A DNA stretch of 64,000 nucleotides, taken from the NCBI GenBank assembly GCA_049604295.1, contig JBMYTL010000004.1:9952-73951 (forward strand), in the 5' to 3' direction. Source of the DNA: Gammaproteobacteria bacterium. GTDB lineage: Bacteria; Pseudomonadota; Gammaproteobacteria; JACKNK01. The notes beneath the pieces were generated by a model. The model was given only the letters and a program-made list of their open reading frames with translations. It was not told the origin of the DNA and did no database searches. Position 1 is the stretch's first letter. Each line of letters starts with the position of its first letter. The position numbers were made by a program, and so were the translations under genes. Of this stretch, positions 30,660-41,868 are shown in pieces.

Positions 30660-33554
30660 TCAGTTCAGATCCGCCGCCAACGCCTGGGCTTCCTGCTTCT
30701 GGGAAGAACTGCCCTCACGCATGACCTCGTTGAGCAGGTCCAGCGCACCGTCCGGATCGCCCATATCGATATAGGCCTTGGCGAGATCGAGTTTGGTACC
30801 CACTTCGTCGTCGCCACCAGCGTCCGCCGTTGGCAGCATCTCCTCGGCCGGCGATGCGGAGCCCGTGCCCTCCTCGAATTCCAGGCCATCGAGGATCATG
30901 GTTTCGTTGAACGATCCACCCGCGCTCCCGGCGGTTGATGCCCCCTCGTCGCCGCCGGTATCCAGTTCAAAATCGGCGCCGCCGAGCGGGTCATCGTCAT
31001 CGGACCCGCCACCCAGTTCCAGATCCGCGCCCAGATCGCCCACGTCGAGCCCCAGGCCATCGGCGTCATCGGACGCGTCCCCGAGGCCATCACCGAGCCC
31101 TTCCACGGCCTCGACGGTACCGAAGTCCAGACCACCCGCGGCGTCACCCTCATCCGCCGTCAGGGTCTCCCCGGACTCACCCGAATCGAACTCCAGGCCG
31201 TCAATACCGGACAACTGATCCAGTTCGAACGACTCACCCGATTCACCGAATTCCGATTCATCCAGCGAGCCCCCATCCAGGGAGCCCAGGTCATCCATGC
31301 TCATCTCGCTTCCGAGCGCACCGAGATCCAGATCCGCGAAATCTTCATTCTCATCACTTGCAGCCCCACCCAAGTCGAGCAGGTCGTCAGAATCTCCAGC
31401 ACTTTCGCCACCCAGGGAACCGGGTTCGCCCGCATCCAGGACATCATCGCCACCGTCCCCATCTCCGAGATCGATATCTCCGAGGTCCAGATCGAAGTCG
31501 CTTCCGGCCGCGCCCGCGGAATCCGCCGTTGAGGGATCATCACCGAGTCCGAGATCCGAGAGGTCGAGGTCCGCGGAGTCACCGTCCCCGCCATCGCCCA
31601 GCACATCGAGATCGTCGTCACCCAGCCCCAGATCGCTCAGATCAAGCATATCGGGCATGTCCGCTGAATCCGCATTCCCCGTTCCCCCCGCATCAGCACT
31701 GGCCGGGCCGCCGGTGAACATGGGATGAGCGGGGCTGACCACCGCGCCCATGGCCACGACCTGGCGCCAGACCGGATCGTCCTTGGAGTCGCCGCGCTCC
31801 GAACGCACCTTGTTGGCGAGGGTCACGAAGGCATCGGCATTGCCTGCTTCCTGGTAAACCTCCAGGAGCTTCAGTTTCAGCGAATCGTTGCGCGGATCCG
31901 CGGCCAATGCTTTGGACAGAATCTCCTCAGCCTGCTGGTAGCGGCCGTTGTTCATGTAGACCTCGGCGGCGGCCACCTGATCGCCAGCGGAGCCCCCATC
32001 CCCGGATGCGTTCGCGCCTGGCAATTCGTCGCCCTCACCGTCGATGACATCGAGGTCGCCGATATCAAGATCAGCAATGTCGGCACTGTCCTCGTCGCCT
32101 TCATCCTTCGCGCGACGTCGGCGCGCAGCCAACAGCGCCAGGGAGAGCAAACCGACCACACCACTACCGGCGGCCGCCATCATGATCGGGTCGTTGAGCA
32201 CATAGCCCACCGGGTCATCCAGGAACCCAGGTTCGGGAGGGGGTGCCGGGCGCGGCTTGGGTTTTGGCTTGGGCTTGGGTTTGGGCTCCGCCTGAACCTC
32301 GGCTTTGTCCGCCTTGGCGTTGACCGACGGTTTTTGTTCGACGGCTGACTTCGGATCGGCGGTGCGGCTGAGCGGCGCCCCCTCCTGCACGGCACCATCC
32401 GTCGCGCCACCCGACACGGAAGCATCAGTTCGGTCCGTCACTTCAACGGCGGGTCCACCTGGCTGATCCCCGGATGTCCGACCGGGACCCCGGTTTTCAG
32501 GCGCCCGTGAATCGTCAGCCAACGACGCCGCGGGATCTCCAGCTCCTGTTTCCGGATCATCAGCGGAAGTCTGCATGGGGATGTCCGGCCCGCTGCTCAT
32601 ATCCCGATCGCTGACGAAGCGACGCATATCCAGCAGGTCCTGCTCAAGCAACTCAATGCGCTGACGCAGACGTTCATTCTCGACGGCCAGGGCCGGGTCC
32701 ACCTGGGGCTGTGGCGACGGGGCGCCCTGAGGACCTTGCGCTCTCTGTGCGGGCGCTGGTGAGGGACCGCTTGCCGCAGCCGGCCCGGCACCCTGATCGG
32801 AGTTCTGCTGCCTGACCGCGCGCAGGGCGTCCGGGGGGGCGATTGCCTGGATCTGGTCGCTATCCGGTACCTGCAACATGACGCCCGCGCGCAGGTTGTT
32901 GACATTGCGTCCCTCGAAAGCGTCGGGGTTCGCATTGAGCAGTGCGAGCATCATTTGCTGGACGCTTACCGACTCATCCGGCCGCAAACGATTCGCGATG
33001 GACCAGAGGGTTTCCTGCTTTTCGGTCGGGCCGTAGGTTCCCGCGGAGCCGAGCATGGCTCCCGCCGGACGGGAGCTGCCAGACCGGGCATCGGAGTTCG
33101 CCGCGACGGTATCTTGCTGGGCCCCGGTGGAAAGGTGGTTATAGGCACCGGGCGGATCCAAAAGCACCGTGTACTGCCGCAACATCCGCCGACTGGGCGT
33201 CTTCACTTCTACGATGAAACGCAGGTACGGCTCAGAGATCGGCAGCGAACTCACCACCTTCACAAAGGGCTGCCCCTTATCACTGTGCGACAGCCGGAAA
33301 CGCAAACGCCCGAGAATGATGGGATAGGGCACCCCTGCCCTATCGAATTCGTCCGCGGGCGCGAGGGCAACGGTCATGCCCTTGAGTTCGTCATCTGAGG
33401 GCGAAAGCAGCGCAATACGGCCCCGAAAGGGCTGGTTGAGGTAGGAATTGACCTCAATCTCACCCAAACCCAAGGCATTCACCGCGCCCGGAAGTGCCAA
33501 GACAAGAAGTCCGGCGACCCAGGCTCGAATACGCGCTTTCACTGTAGGAGCCAT
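30660..33554 (-). CDS. fimV: FimV/HubP-family peptidoglycan-binding motility/polar-organising protein
   Basis: Signal peptide, the conserved FimV N-terminal domain, a LysM domain (ETLWSIANRL...), a >400-aa acidic D/G/L/S/E low-complexity region, a TM helix and the conserved C-terminal FimV motif (KLDLAKAYIDMGDPDGALDLLNEV). asd-fimV-truA synteny. Confidence 0.8.
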   Translation of the reverse strand: MAPTVKARIRAWVAGLLVLALPGAVNALGLGEIEVNSYLNQPFRGRIALLSPSDDELKGMTVALAPADEFDRAGVPYPIILGRLRFRLSHSDKGQPFVKVVSSLPISEPYLRFIVEVKTPSRRMLRQYTVLLDPPGAYNHLSTGAQQDTVAANSDARSGSSRPAGAMLGSAGTYGPTEKQETLWSIANRLRPDESVSVQQMMLALLNANPDAFEGRNVNNLRAGVMLQVPDSDQIQAIAPPDALRAVRQQNSDQGAGPAAASGPSPAPAQRAQGPQGAPSPQPQVDPALAVENERLRQRIELLEQDLLDMRRFVSDRDMSSGPDIPMQTSADDPETGAGDPAASLADDSRAPENRGPGRTSGDQPGGPAVEVTDRTDASVSGGATDGAVQEGAPLSRTADPKSAVEQKPSVNAKADKAEVQAEPKPKPKPKPKPRPAPPPEPGFLDDPVGYVLNDPIMMAAAGSGVVGLLSLALLAARRRRAKDEGDEDSADIADLDIGDLDVIDGEGDELPGANASGDGGSAGDQVAAAEVYMNNGRYQQAEEILSKALAADPRNDSLKLKLLEVYQEAGNADAFVTLANKVRSERGDSKDDPVWRQVVAMGAVVSPAHPMFTGGPASADAGGTGNADSADMPDMLDLSDLGLGDDDLDVLGDGGDGDSADLDLSDLGLGDDPSTADSAGAAGSDFDLDLGDIDLGDGDGGDDVLDAGEPGSLGGESAGDSDDLLDLGGAASDENEDFADLDLGALGSEMSMDDLGSLDGGSLDESEFGESGESFELDQLSGIDGLEFDSGESGETLTADEGDAAGGLDFGTVEAVEGLGDGLGDASDDADGLGLDVGDLGADLELGGGSDDDDPLGGADFELDTGGDEGASTAGSAGGSFNETMILDGLEFEEGTGSASPAEEMLPTADAGGDDEVGTKLDLAKAYIDMGDPDGALDLLNEVMREGSSSQKQEAQALAADLN

Positions 33555-33644
33555 CCTCTCTTGCTTGTTTCGAGCGTCCCCGAAACAAGTAGGAACAAGA
33601 ATTTTTTCTTTATCTTTAAATAATTATGCGTCTTTATTCAAGCA

Positions 33645-34607
33645 TTAGATCAAAATTTCCGAGAGCACATCCACCGTGTTCGCGGCTATGGCCCAATGCA
33701 GATTGTCCGCCACGGACCAGATCGTCAGTTCGGAGAATCCGGCACGCTCCACCCGTTCCAGGTGCACGTACACACGATCCTGCCCGGCTGCGTCACCCAC
33801 CGGAGAAGGAGGCGGCTGAGAGTCATCCATGAGCTCGACCCGGGGATCGGCGGCGTAGGCGTTCCCGGTCTCAACCGAAGGGGAAATTCGTAGGCGAACA
33901 CATGCCGTGGTGCCAAAGAACACCGGCGCCATGACGCGATCGAGTGACACCCCTCCCCCCGACTCACCGACCAGTTCGCGCCAGCCTTTCTGATCCCGTG
34001 CATCCGCGGCCGCCCCGGGTATCGGTAGCGTGTTGAAGGCAATCTGGGCAGGCATCAACGAATTCTCAACCGGCTGCATGTTCAGCACGCGCGCAGTCTG
34101 TCGAGCGAGCTGCTCGATACCGGGTTTGCCAAGTCGTGACACGGGTTCCACGAGAAAGCCGTTAACCGTGCCTTCAGCATCGGCAAGGAACGGCCGCGTC
34201 ACGGTGTAAACCTGCGCGAGTCCGGGCGTAGGCAGCGCCATGGCCACTGCGCGCTCGTCAGGCCGGGGAATCCGTCCCGGCATGACCGTACGCGATTCCC
34301 TCGACCCCCACCGACCGCCACTCAGATCGAGCACCATGGCACCAGCTTTGAGCGCATCCGAAGGGGTACATGCGTCGGCGGGCGCATCCCCTACGAACAA
34401 TGCCAGCCCCACCTGGGTGAAATCGAAACCCTTGATGGGTTTCGGCTTCAGCAACCGGCCACCGAAATCCACCCGCGCCGCCTCATCCTCGCGCGCGCCG
34501 AGCACGTGAATCTCCCTCAACGGCAGATCGGACTCGGCGAGCGCCGACATCAACGCTTCGGCCTCGTAGGAATCCCCACCAACCACAACCAGGTCCACGC
34601 CCTTCAT
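33645..34607 (-). CDS. aspartate-semialdehyde dehydrogenase paralogue (USG-1-like)
   Basis: Semialdehyde-DH N-terminal Rossmann fold (VDLVVVGG) and a dimerisation domain, but diverged from canonical Asd. Tandem to the bona fide asd gene. Confidence 0.65.
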   Translation of the reverse strand: MKGVDLVVVGGDSYEAEALMSALAESDLPLREIHVLGAREDEAARVDFGGRLLKPKPIKGFDFTQVGLALFVGDAPADACTPSDALKAGAMVLDLSGGRWGSRESRTVMPGRIPRPDERAVAMALPTPGLAQVYTVTRPFLADAEGTVNGFLVEPVSRLGKPGIEQLARQTARVLNMQPVENSLMPAQIAFNTLPIPGAAADARDQKGWRELVGESGGGVSLDRVMAPVFFGTTACVRLRISPSVETGNAYAADPRVELMDDSQPPPSPVGDAAGQDRVYVHLERVERAGFSELTIWSVADNLHWAIAANTVDVLSEILI

Positions 34608-34728
34608 GTTTCGCTCCTCGCGATGAGTATTGGGCCAATGCCCAAATGACAAGGCCACCTCCTGACAGAGATGGCCTTCTCACGCGGGCGGTGGATACAG
34701 ACGGTACCCACCCCCGCCACAGTGTGGC

Positions 34729-35841
34729 TCAGCGTTCGAGCAGGATGCGCAGCATGCGCCGCAACGGCTCGGCCGCACCCCAGAGCAACTGGTCGCCCAC
34801 GCTGAACGCGGAGATAAAGCCCGGTCCCATGTTCAGGCGACGGATACGCCCAACCGGGATCTCCAGCGTTCCGGTAGCCACTGCCGGGCTGAGCTCCCGT
34901 ACGGTGCGCTCCCGATCATTGGGAATCACTTTGACCCAATCGTTGTGCTCATCCAGCATGGCCTCGACCTCGTCGATAGGCACATCCCGTCGCAACTTGA
35001 TGGTGAAACCCTGGGAGTGGCTGCGCATGGCGCCGATACGCACGCACAGTCCATCGACCGGGACAGGGTTTTCCGTACGGCCCAGGATCTTGTTCGACTC
35101 AACCGACCCCTTCCATTCCTCTTTTGACTGACCATTGTCGAGCGCAACATCAATCCAGGGGATCAGGCTGCCCGCCAAGGGTACGCCGAACTGCTCAGTG
35201 GGGAATTCACCGGATCTCATGGTCTCGGTGACCTTGCGATCAATATCCAGAATTGCGGAGGCGGGATCAGCGAGCTCAGCGGCCACGCTGTCGCGAAGGA
35301 CCCCCATCTGATTGAGGAGTTCACGCATGTTGCGCGCGCCAGCACCGGATGCGGCCTGGTAGGTCATCGCCGTCATCCACTCGATGAGGTCCGCCTTGAA
35401 CAATCCCCCCAGGGCCAAGAGCATGAGGCTGACCGTGCAATTGCCACCGATGTAATTGCGCACGCCACTGTCCAGGGCCTGGTCGATCACACCCCGATTG
35501 ACGGGGTCGAGGATAATCACCGAATCCTCATGCATACGCTTCGCCGAAGCTGCATCGATCCAGTATCCCTGCCAACCGGCCGCCCGCAAATCGTCATACA
35601 CATGCTTGGTGTAATCGCCCCCCTGGCAGGTGACGATGGCATCCATGGCCTTCAGCTCGCTGATATCGTGGGCGTCCTTCAGGGCCGGAATGGTCTTGCC
35701 GATGTCAGGCCCCGCCTGCCCCACCTGGGAAGTGGTGAAGAAGACCGGCTCGTCGATGTAATCGAAATCGCCTTCTTCAGACATGCGCTGCATGAGGACC
35801 GAGCCCACCATGCCGCGCCAACCCACGAAACCCACGCGTTT
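34729..35841 (-). CDS. asd: aspartate-semialdehyde dehydrogenase
   Basis: [21 protein letters not shown] and full Asd length. Confidence 0.85.
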   Translation of the reverse strand, partial: KRVGFVGWRGMVGSVLMQRMSEEGDFDYIDEPVFFTTSQVGQAGPDIGKTIPALKDAHDISELKAMDAIVTCQGGDYTKHVYDDLRAAGWQGYWIDAASAKRMHEDSVIILDPVNRGVIDQALDSGVRNYIGGNCTVSLMLLALGGLFKADLIEWMTAMTYQAASGAGARNMRELLNQMGVLRDSVAAELADPASAILDIDRKVTETMRSGEFPTEQFGVPLAGSLIPWIDVALDNGQSKEEWKGSVESNKILGRTENPVPVDGLCVRIGAMRSHSQGFTIKLRRDVPIDEVEAMLDEHNDWVKVIPNDRERTVRELSPAVATGTLEIPVGRIRRLNMGPGFISAFSVGDQLLWGAAEPLRRMLRILLER

Positions 35842-35923
35842 CATTTCAGCCAACCTTCCCCGGAATAAAGTGTCAGGAGTGCGCCCCGGGGATCACTCCC
35901 AGGGCTCAGAGTAAATCGTTGAA

Positions 35924-36991
35924 TCAGAGCGCCGCGACTACGGCATCGCCCATGGCGGCGGTGCCCACGGAGGCTTCACCCTCCGCGGCAATATCGGGTG
36001 TCCGCACGCCGACGTCCAGCACCTTGCCCACGGCCGCTTCGATGCGATCGGCAAATGCGGGCTCGCCAAGGGAGTAACGCAGCATCATTGCCACGGACAG
36101 GATGGTGGCCAAGGGGTTGGCCAGGCCCTGTCCGGCGATATCCGGAGCGGAACCGTGGATGGGTTCGTACATCCCTTTACCCTGTGCATCCAGGGACGCG
36201 GAAGGCAGCATGCCAATGGAACCGGTCAACATTGCGGCCGCGTCGGACAGGATGTCACCGAAGATATTTCCGGTCACGATGACATCGAACTGCTTGGGAG
36301 CCTTGATCAACTGCATGGCGGCGTTGTCCACGTACATGTCGGTCACTTCGACCGCCGGGTAATCGGCGGCCACTTCGTGCACCACATCCCGCCACAGCCC
36401 GGATACTTCGAGTACGTTGGCCTTTTCCACGGAGCACAGCTTACGCCCGCGTTTCATGGCGATTTCAAAGGCCGCGCGGGCGATACGCTCGATCTCCGAT
36501 TCCGTGTAGACCATGGTGTTGTAGCCGTAGCGTTGTCCGTCCCGCTCGCCGGTACCCCGGGGCTCGCCGAAATAGATATCGCCGGTGAGTTCGCGCACGA
36601 TCATGATGTCGAGTCCGGCAACCAACTCGGGTTTCAGGGACGAAGCGCCCGCTAACTGCGGATAGAGGATCGCCGGTCGCAGGTTGGCGAACAATTCCAA
36701 TGCGGAACGGATACCCAACAGGCCCTTCTCTGGACGCAGCGCGCGGTCCAGGTTGTCATATTGAGGACCACCCACGGCACCGAGCAGGATGGCATCGGCC
36801 GCTCTGCCCGCTTCGAGCGTCTCCTCAGGCAGAGGCGTGCCCGCTGCGTCGTAGCCCGCGCCACCGATAGCGGCTTCGGACGTGGAGACGTCCAAGCCAT
36901 CGGCTTTCAGTGCATCGATGACCTTGACGGCCTCAGCCACGATCTCCGGACCGATTCCATCACCGGGAAGGATAAGGATGTTCTTGCTCAT
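35924..36991 (-). CDS. leuB: 3-isopropylmalate dehydrogenase
   Basis: [18 protein letters not shown] and the isocitrate/IPM dehydrogenase signature NLFGDILSD. Confidence 0.9.
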   Translation of the reverse strand: MSKNILILPGDGIGPEIVAEAVKVIDALKADGLDVSTSEAAIGGAGYDAAGTPLPEETLEAGRAADAILLGAVGGPQYDNLDRALRPEKGLLGIRSALELFANLRPAILYPQLAGASSLKPELVAGLDIMIVRELTGDIYFGEPRGTGERDGQRYGYNTMVYTESEIERIARAAFEIAMKRGRKLCSVEKANVLEVSGLWRDVVHEVAADYPAVEVTDMYVDNAAMQLIKAPKQFDVIVTGNIFGDILSDAAAMLTGSIGMLPSASLDAQGKGMYEPIHGSAPDIAGQGLANPLATILSVAMMLRYSLGEPAFADRIEAAVGKVLDVGVRTPDIAAEGEASVGTAAMGDAVVAAL

Positions 36992-37090
36992 GAATCAGTA
37001 ATGCCGGTTAGCGGCCGCCGCTGTCGACGACCTTTCAGTTCAATGGTTCGCGACAGGCCCCACGGGACCTGATTGGCAGCCAGTGGCTCC

Positions 37091-37735
37091 CTATTGACCA
37101 ATAAACAGCCAGGGAGCTTCCTGCTGGCGACGGGCCTCGTATGCACAAATCTCGTCGGCCCGCTGCAGGGTCAGGCCGATGTCATCCAGACCCTCGAGCA
37201 GGCAGTGCTTACGGAAGGGGTCAACGTCAAAGCCATGAGCCTCACCCGATGGCGTGGTCACCGTCTGGGCGGCGAGGTCCACGCACAGGCGATAGCCCGG
37301 GTTGGCATCCACCTCGCTGAACAGACCGTCCACCACGTCAGCAGGAAGCACCAGCGGCAGCACACCGTTTTTGAAACAGTTTCCGAAGAAGATGTCCGCG
37401 AAGCTGGGCGCGATGACACAACGGATGCCGTAGTCCTCCAGGGCCCAAACCGCGTGCTCGCGGGAGGAACCACAACCGAAGTTTTCGCGGCCCAGCAGGA
37501 TTCGAGCTCCTTCGTAGCGCGGCGCATTGAGCACGAAATCCGGATTGACCCGGCGGGCACTGTTGTCACCATCGGGCTCACCCGGGTCAAGATACCGCCA
37601 GTCATCGAACAGGTTGGGGCCGAACCCCGCCCGTTTGATGGACTTCAGGTACTGCTTGGGAATGATGGCGTCAGTATCGACGTTGGGCCGGTCCAGGGGG
37701 ACTACCACGGCGTCGAGGGTGTTGAAGGGTTCCAT
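37091..37735 (-). CDS. leuD: 3-isopropylmalate dehydratase small subunit
   Basis: [31 protein letters not shown]. Confidence 0.9.
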   Translation of the reverse strand: MEPFNTLDAVVVPLDRPNVDTDAIIPKQYLKSIKRAGFGPNLFDDWRYLDPGEPDGDNSARRVNPDFVLNAPRYEGARILLGRENFGCGSSREHAVWALEDYGIRCVIAPSFADIFFGNCFKNGVLPLVLPADVVDGLFSEVDANPGYRLCVDLAAQTVTTPSGEAHGFDVDPFRKHCLLEGLDDIGLTLQRADEICAYEARRQQEAPWLFIGQ

Positions 37736-37999
37736 AGGGCGACCTGCGGAGCGAACAATGCGACCCGATCAGAGTGACACTGAGTCGGGCAGGAATGCCT
37801 CGGCGAAGGCGAGGCCGAACCCGCTATTCTGATGAAGGCCGTGATGCAGTGCAATGCACACAGCAGACCTTGAGCCGATTGTTATTCCCACGAGTCCGCT
37901 TGGCGAGTGAACCCGAGCGCGGGCCGACAACTCGTTCAGCCGCGCAAGGCCCCGCACGCGCCCCACCCCGTAGACGTATACCCCTTCATCGAGGCCCCA

Positions 38000-38665
38000 T
38001 CAGGTGCGACGCAGGCCTCTCCACGCAACCAGGCCGCCCAGCATCAAACCCCAGACCGCGGCCGTAGGCACGGTGGAGGACACCGCCTCAAGAGAGCTGA
38101 AATTCGCCGCCGTCAGGTCCTGCCACTGCCCGCCATCCGCTGAGTAGCGCAAGGAGCGCGCACCGTTGCAACAGCTCTCGAACCCGATCCATTCCAAGGT
38201 GTGGACACCGCCCGACAGGCTGAGAACCGAGTTGATGACATCGGCGTTGTTCCAGTCGTAGCCCCACCAGATATCGTCGGAAGTGATGGTGTGCACGGCA
38301 CCATCCACCAGCAATGCCCCACCCCGCCCCCAGTCGGTACCCAACTCGAACTCAAGAACGGTGGCCGCCGCCAGATCCACCTCAAGGCTGATGAAATCCG
38401 CGAGGTCGCTGTTCCCCGACCCGCAGGTCGCTCCGGTATTCACCATCACGAAGGAATCGAGGGACTGTTCGTCGCAATACACGGGGCCACCCGCATCAAA
38501 CGCCGTGTACAGATCAGCGGCGTTCTCCGTCCCGGACACACCATAGGTGCTCCCGCGCACGGAATAAGTGAGTTCGAAGGCCTGCGCGGCACCGCAACTC
38601 AGCGCAGCGGCGAACAACACGGCGGCGATCCGGATCGGTCGGGCGGTCTTCAGGGATGCATCCAT
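38000..38665 (-). CDS. secreted CCXG-motif protein with a PEP-CTERM-like C-terminal sorting signal
   Basis: N-terminal signal peptide (IRIAAVLFAAALSCGAAQA), an internal ESCCNG motif, and a C-terminus VPTAAVWGLMLGGLVAWRGLRRT (a VP-x-x motif, a hydrophobic helix and a basic tail). Encoded between leuC and leuD. Confidence 0.5.
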   Translation of the reverse strand: MDASLKTARPIRIAAVLFAAALSCGAAQAFELTYSVRGSTYGVSGTENAADLYTAFDAGGPVYCDEQSLDSFVMVNTGATCGSGNSDLADFISLEVDLAAATVLEFELGTDWGRGGALLVDGAVHTITSDDIWWGYDWNNADVINSVLSLSGGVHTLEWIGFESCCNGARSLRYSADGGQWQDLTAANFSSLEAVSSTVPTAAVWGLMLGGLVAWRGLRRT

Positions 38666-38918
38666 GGTCAGGGTCTCAACCGGGTCAATTTACAAAACGG
38701 GTCGACTCGTAATCCATGCACAAACCAGACCGAACCCTGTTCTGGCGGGCAAATCAGCGCCGAACCACGGGCGACCGTAAATATTCCTGACACACCTACA
38801 TCAGAATCCTCTCAGCTACGCCCGCCCCGAAAGCGGTTCCCTCGTTTCAGCCCGGAGCGTCAAGCTTCCGGCTTGCCGGTAGCGGGGAGGATTTGGGATC
38901 ACCCCGGCATCATGAAAC

Positions 38919-40319
38919 TCAGAGCTCGCGCACGTCCGTGAAGTGCCCCGCGATGGCGGCGGCGGCGGCCATGGCCGGGCTGACCAGGTGGGTTCGTCCG
39001 CCCTGCCCCTGCCGCCCCTCGAAATTGCGGTTCGAAGTGGATGCGCAGCGCTCACCAGATTCCAAGCGGTCAGCGTTCATGGCCAGACACATGGAACAGC
39101 CCGGCTCGCGCCATTCGAAGCCCGCTTCGGTCAGGATGCGGTCCAGCCCCTCGGCTTCGGCCTGTTGTTTCACAAGACCGGAACCGGGGACCACCATGGC
39201 GAGCTTGATGTTGTCAGCCACCTTGCGTCCCCGGGCCACCTCGGCGGCGGCCCGGATGTCTTCGATACGGCTGTTGGTGCACGAGCCGATGAACACCTTG
39301 TCCAGGGTGATATCCGCGATCGGGGTCCCCGGCTGGAGGTCCATGTAGGCCAGGGCCTTTCGCATGCCATTGGCGCGGGACTCATTCGGCTCACGGTCCG
39401 GGTCCGGCACCGTGCCATCGACCGCCACCACCATTTCCGGCGACGTGCCCCAGGACACCTGGGGCTTGATGCCCGCTGCATCGATCCGCACCACCTTGTC
39501 GAAAGACGCGTCGTCGTCGGAGTGCAGGTCAAACCAGGACGCAACGGCCTGATCCCAGAGGTCCCCCTTGGGTGCGTAGGGCTTGTCATAGAGGTATTCG
39601 ACGGTGGTTTCGTCGACCGCCACCAGACCGGCGCGCGCACCGGCTTCAATCGCCATGTTGCACACGGTCATACGCCCTTCCATGGACAGGGCACGAATCG
39701 CGTCACCCCCGAACTCGATGGCATGGCCGGTACCACCCGCCGTGCCGATCTCACCGATAATTGCAAGCACGATGTCCTTGGCGGTGACACCCGGTCCGAC
39801 CTGACCATCGACGCTCACGAGCATGGTCTTGGACTTTTTCAGAACCAGGGTCTGGGTGGCGAGCACATGCTCCACCTCGGAGGTGCCGATGCCGAAGGCC
39901 AAGGCACCCATCGCACCATGGGTGGAGGTGTGGGAGTCACCACAGACGATGGTCGCTCCCGGTAGCGTGAAACCCTGCTCCGGGCCGATCACATGAACGA
40001 TGCCCTGGCGCGGATCACCCATGGGAAACTCGGTAAGGCCGAAGTCATCGACGTTCCGTTCCAGGGTCTCGACCTGTTTGCGGGAGACGGGATCAGCAAT
40101 GCCCTTGTCACGATCGACGGTGGGCACGTTGTGATCGGGCACCGCCAGGATCGACGGCTGGCTCCAGAGATTCCGCCCCGCCAGACGCAGCCCCTCGAAG
40201 GCCTGGGGTGAGGTCACCTCATGGACGAGGTGGCGGTCGATATAGAGCAGGGTCGTTCCGTCATCGGAGGTGCTGACGGCATGGGCGTCCCAGATCTTTT
40301 CGTAGAGGGTCTTTCCGGC
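38919..40319 (-). CDS. leuC: 3-isopropylmalate dehydratase large subunit
   Basis: [16 protein letters not shown] and aconitase-family Cys ligands (CGDSHT, GSCTNSR). Confidence 0.9.
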   Translation of the reverse strand, partial: AGKTLYEKIWDAHAVSTSDDGTTLLYIDRHLVHEVTSPQAFEGLRLAGRNLWSQPSILAVPDHNVPTVDRDKGIADPVSRKQVETLERNVDDFGLTEFPMGDPRQGIVHVIGPEQGFTLPGATIVCGDSHTSTHGAMGALAFGIGTSEVEHVLATQTLVLKKSKTMLVSVDGQVGPGVTAKDIVLAIIGEIGTAGGTGHAIEFGGDAIRALSMEGRMTVCNMAIEAGARAGLVAVDETTVEYLYDKPYAPKGDLWDQAVASWFDLHSDDDASFDKVVRIDAAGIKPQVSWGTSPEMVVAVDGTVPDPDREPNESRANGMRKALAYMDLQPGTPIADITLDKVFIGSCTNSRIEDIRAAAEVARGRKVADNIKLAMVVPGSGLVKQQAEAEGLDRILTEAGFEWREPGCSMCLAMNADRLESGERCASTSNRNFEGRQGQGGRTHLVSPAMAAAAAIAGHFTDVREL

Positions 40320-40418
40320 CATGGGGGCGGCGCTTCGCATCTGCAACAAAAAAGAGCGGCAGTATAGCGGAATCGCCCTGCTTTTTGACCCGGTGTCACC
40401 CCCTGACGGAGACGAAAT

Positions 40419-40997
40419 TCAGGCCTCCGATTCCAGCCCCTCGCGTTCCCTTCGCCGTGCCTTGCGTCGTTCGCGCCGCTCGTGAATACGCCGGGTGAAC
40501 CCCAGGCTCCAGCGGTAACCCAACCACCCGGCAAGAATCGCCCACGGAATGGAGCCGATGAACATTGGGGCTCCGAATTCCTGGAACAGGCTGACCACGT
40601 ACACCCACAGGGTCGTCAGCCAGTCCGCTTCGACGGCCTGGGAGGAATTGAGCCTGTCCACGAAGGCCTGGTAGCCGGTGAGCGAGTCCCAGTGACCGGT
40701 CATGACCCGCCCGGTCACCAGAAACAGGTAGTAGATGGGCCCCAGCGTGAAGACGTTGGTTACCCAGGTCCATGCCATGGCGACGACGGCATTGAAGTCC
40801 CACTGGGGTCGTACCGCCTTGAATAACGCCCAAAGCAGAAGGCAGATGGGCATCTGGACCCCGACCGTTGGCGTCATGGCCACGACCAGGCCGACGAGGA
40901 CGCTGCGCGCCAGGTAGTCCGGCGGGTGTTTGCCACGCAGCAACGGCACCACGAGTTTGCGATGGTAGAGGCGCTTGGTGTCGTGCCAGATTGCCAT
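40419..40997 (-). CDS. DUF2062-family membrane protein
   Basis: 192 aa, about 4 TM helices and a basic C-terminal tail. The family call is from pattern memory. Confidence 0.5.
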   Translation of the reverse strand: MAIWHDTKRLYHRKLVVPLLRGKHPPDYLARSVLVGLVVAMTPTVGVQMPICLLLWALFKAVRPQWDFNAVVAMAWTWVTNVFTLGPIYYLFLVTGRVMTGHWDSLTGYQAFVDRLNSSQAVEADWLTTLWVYVVSLFQEFGAPMFIGSIPWAILAGWLGYRWSLGFTRRIHERRERRKARRREREGLESEA

Positions 40998-41423
40998 GGG
41001 TATCAGGGGTTGGTGGGCGGTGGGGCGCCGATGCTCGCATGCCCGGGTGTCGGGCCGGTGACGGGGCGCGAAGGTTACACCGAACCTCCTCCCAGCGGGA
41101 TCACATCTTCACCGTTAACCCACCTTTCCCCCCGCCCTTCCGCCGCGGATGCCGATCCATCCGCCATGACCAACGGCGGTGAGAAACGCGCGTTAAGGCT
41201 TCTCCCTATAGCACCTGGAACCCAGGAGCACAAAATAACCCAGCGAATCCATTGGTCATGGAAAACCCCGGACGATCGCCTTCGCGAGAATGACCGACCC
41301 GGAGGTTCCGATGCCGGTTTTCCACGCCTGAGCACCTGCCCCCAAATGCCAAATCCGCATACGCCTTACCCGCACACCGCGCTGGCCGGTTTGACGACAG
41401 CGCCCGAGCTGCCGTCCGCGTCG

Positions 41424-41669
41424 ATGGCGGACACCGAATCTCTTTTGGAGCGCGTTCGCGCTGGCCCCTCGGCCCTGATGCTCGAACACATGGGCCTGGA
41501 TGTACGTAGAACCCTGCAAACCGCCTCGGCATTGACCCTGTTCGAACTGGTCAATTCCTGTGAGCAATGTGGCTCGGCTGATCGTTGTCGAGACAACCTG
41601 CGCCGGGTGCGTCCCGACACGACGCTCGTCGATTCATGTGCCCTATGGGATTCGTCGCTGTTCGACTGA
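41424..41669 (+). CDS. small Cys-motif protein, DUF6455-like (about 81 aa)
   Basis: MADTESLLERVRAGPSALMLEHMGLDV...CEQCGSADRCRDNL...CALW. It shares the pattern M..GLD / CxxCxxxxRC / Cxxxxf that I recall for DUF6455 small proteins. Lies in the 870-bp intergenic region upstream of moeA. Confidence 0.35.
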   Translation: MADTESLLERVRAGPSALMLEHMGLDVRRTLQTASALTLFELVNSCEQCGSADRCRDNLRRVRPDTTLVDSCALWDSSLFD

Positions 41670-41868
41670 CTGCCCCCGTGGCATCCGGCAATCCCGAACC
41701 CGCCTCCCCGCTCCACCCCGCTTTCGTGGCATCGTTGTCCCGACACCGGCCACCGGGGTGCCGATACCCGATCGAGACGCGGGTCAACATACCCTCCGCC
41801 AGGGACATGCCCGGGAGTTCCTGGAACTGGTAGGGTTCCGGGCCCAGTCCGATCCGAAAACCGCCCCC

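Noticed and set aside
30778-31728. Several Ser/Pro/Arg-rich ORFs on both strands within fimV
   Set aside because: Frame-shifted readings of the acidic low-complexity repeat region of fimV.
37736-38000. 264-bp leuD-upstream spacer as a possible leader or attenuator
   Set aside because: No leucine-rich leader peptide or alternative terminator/antiterminator hairpins could be identified. The spacer is better explained by the inserted CCXG gene's own 3' region.
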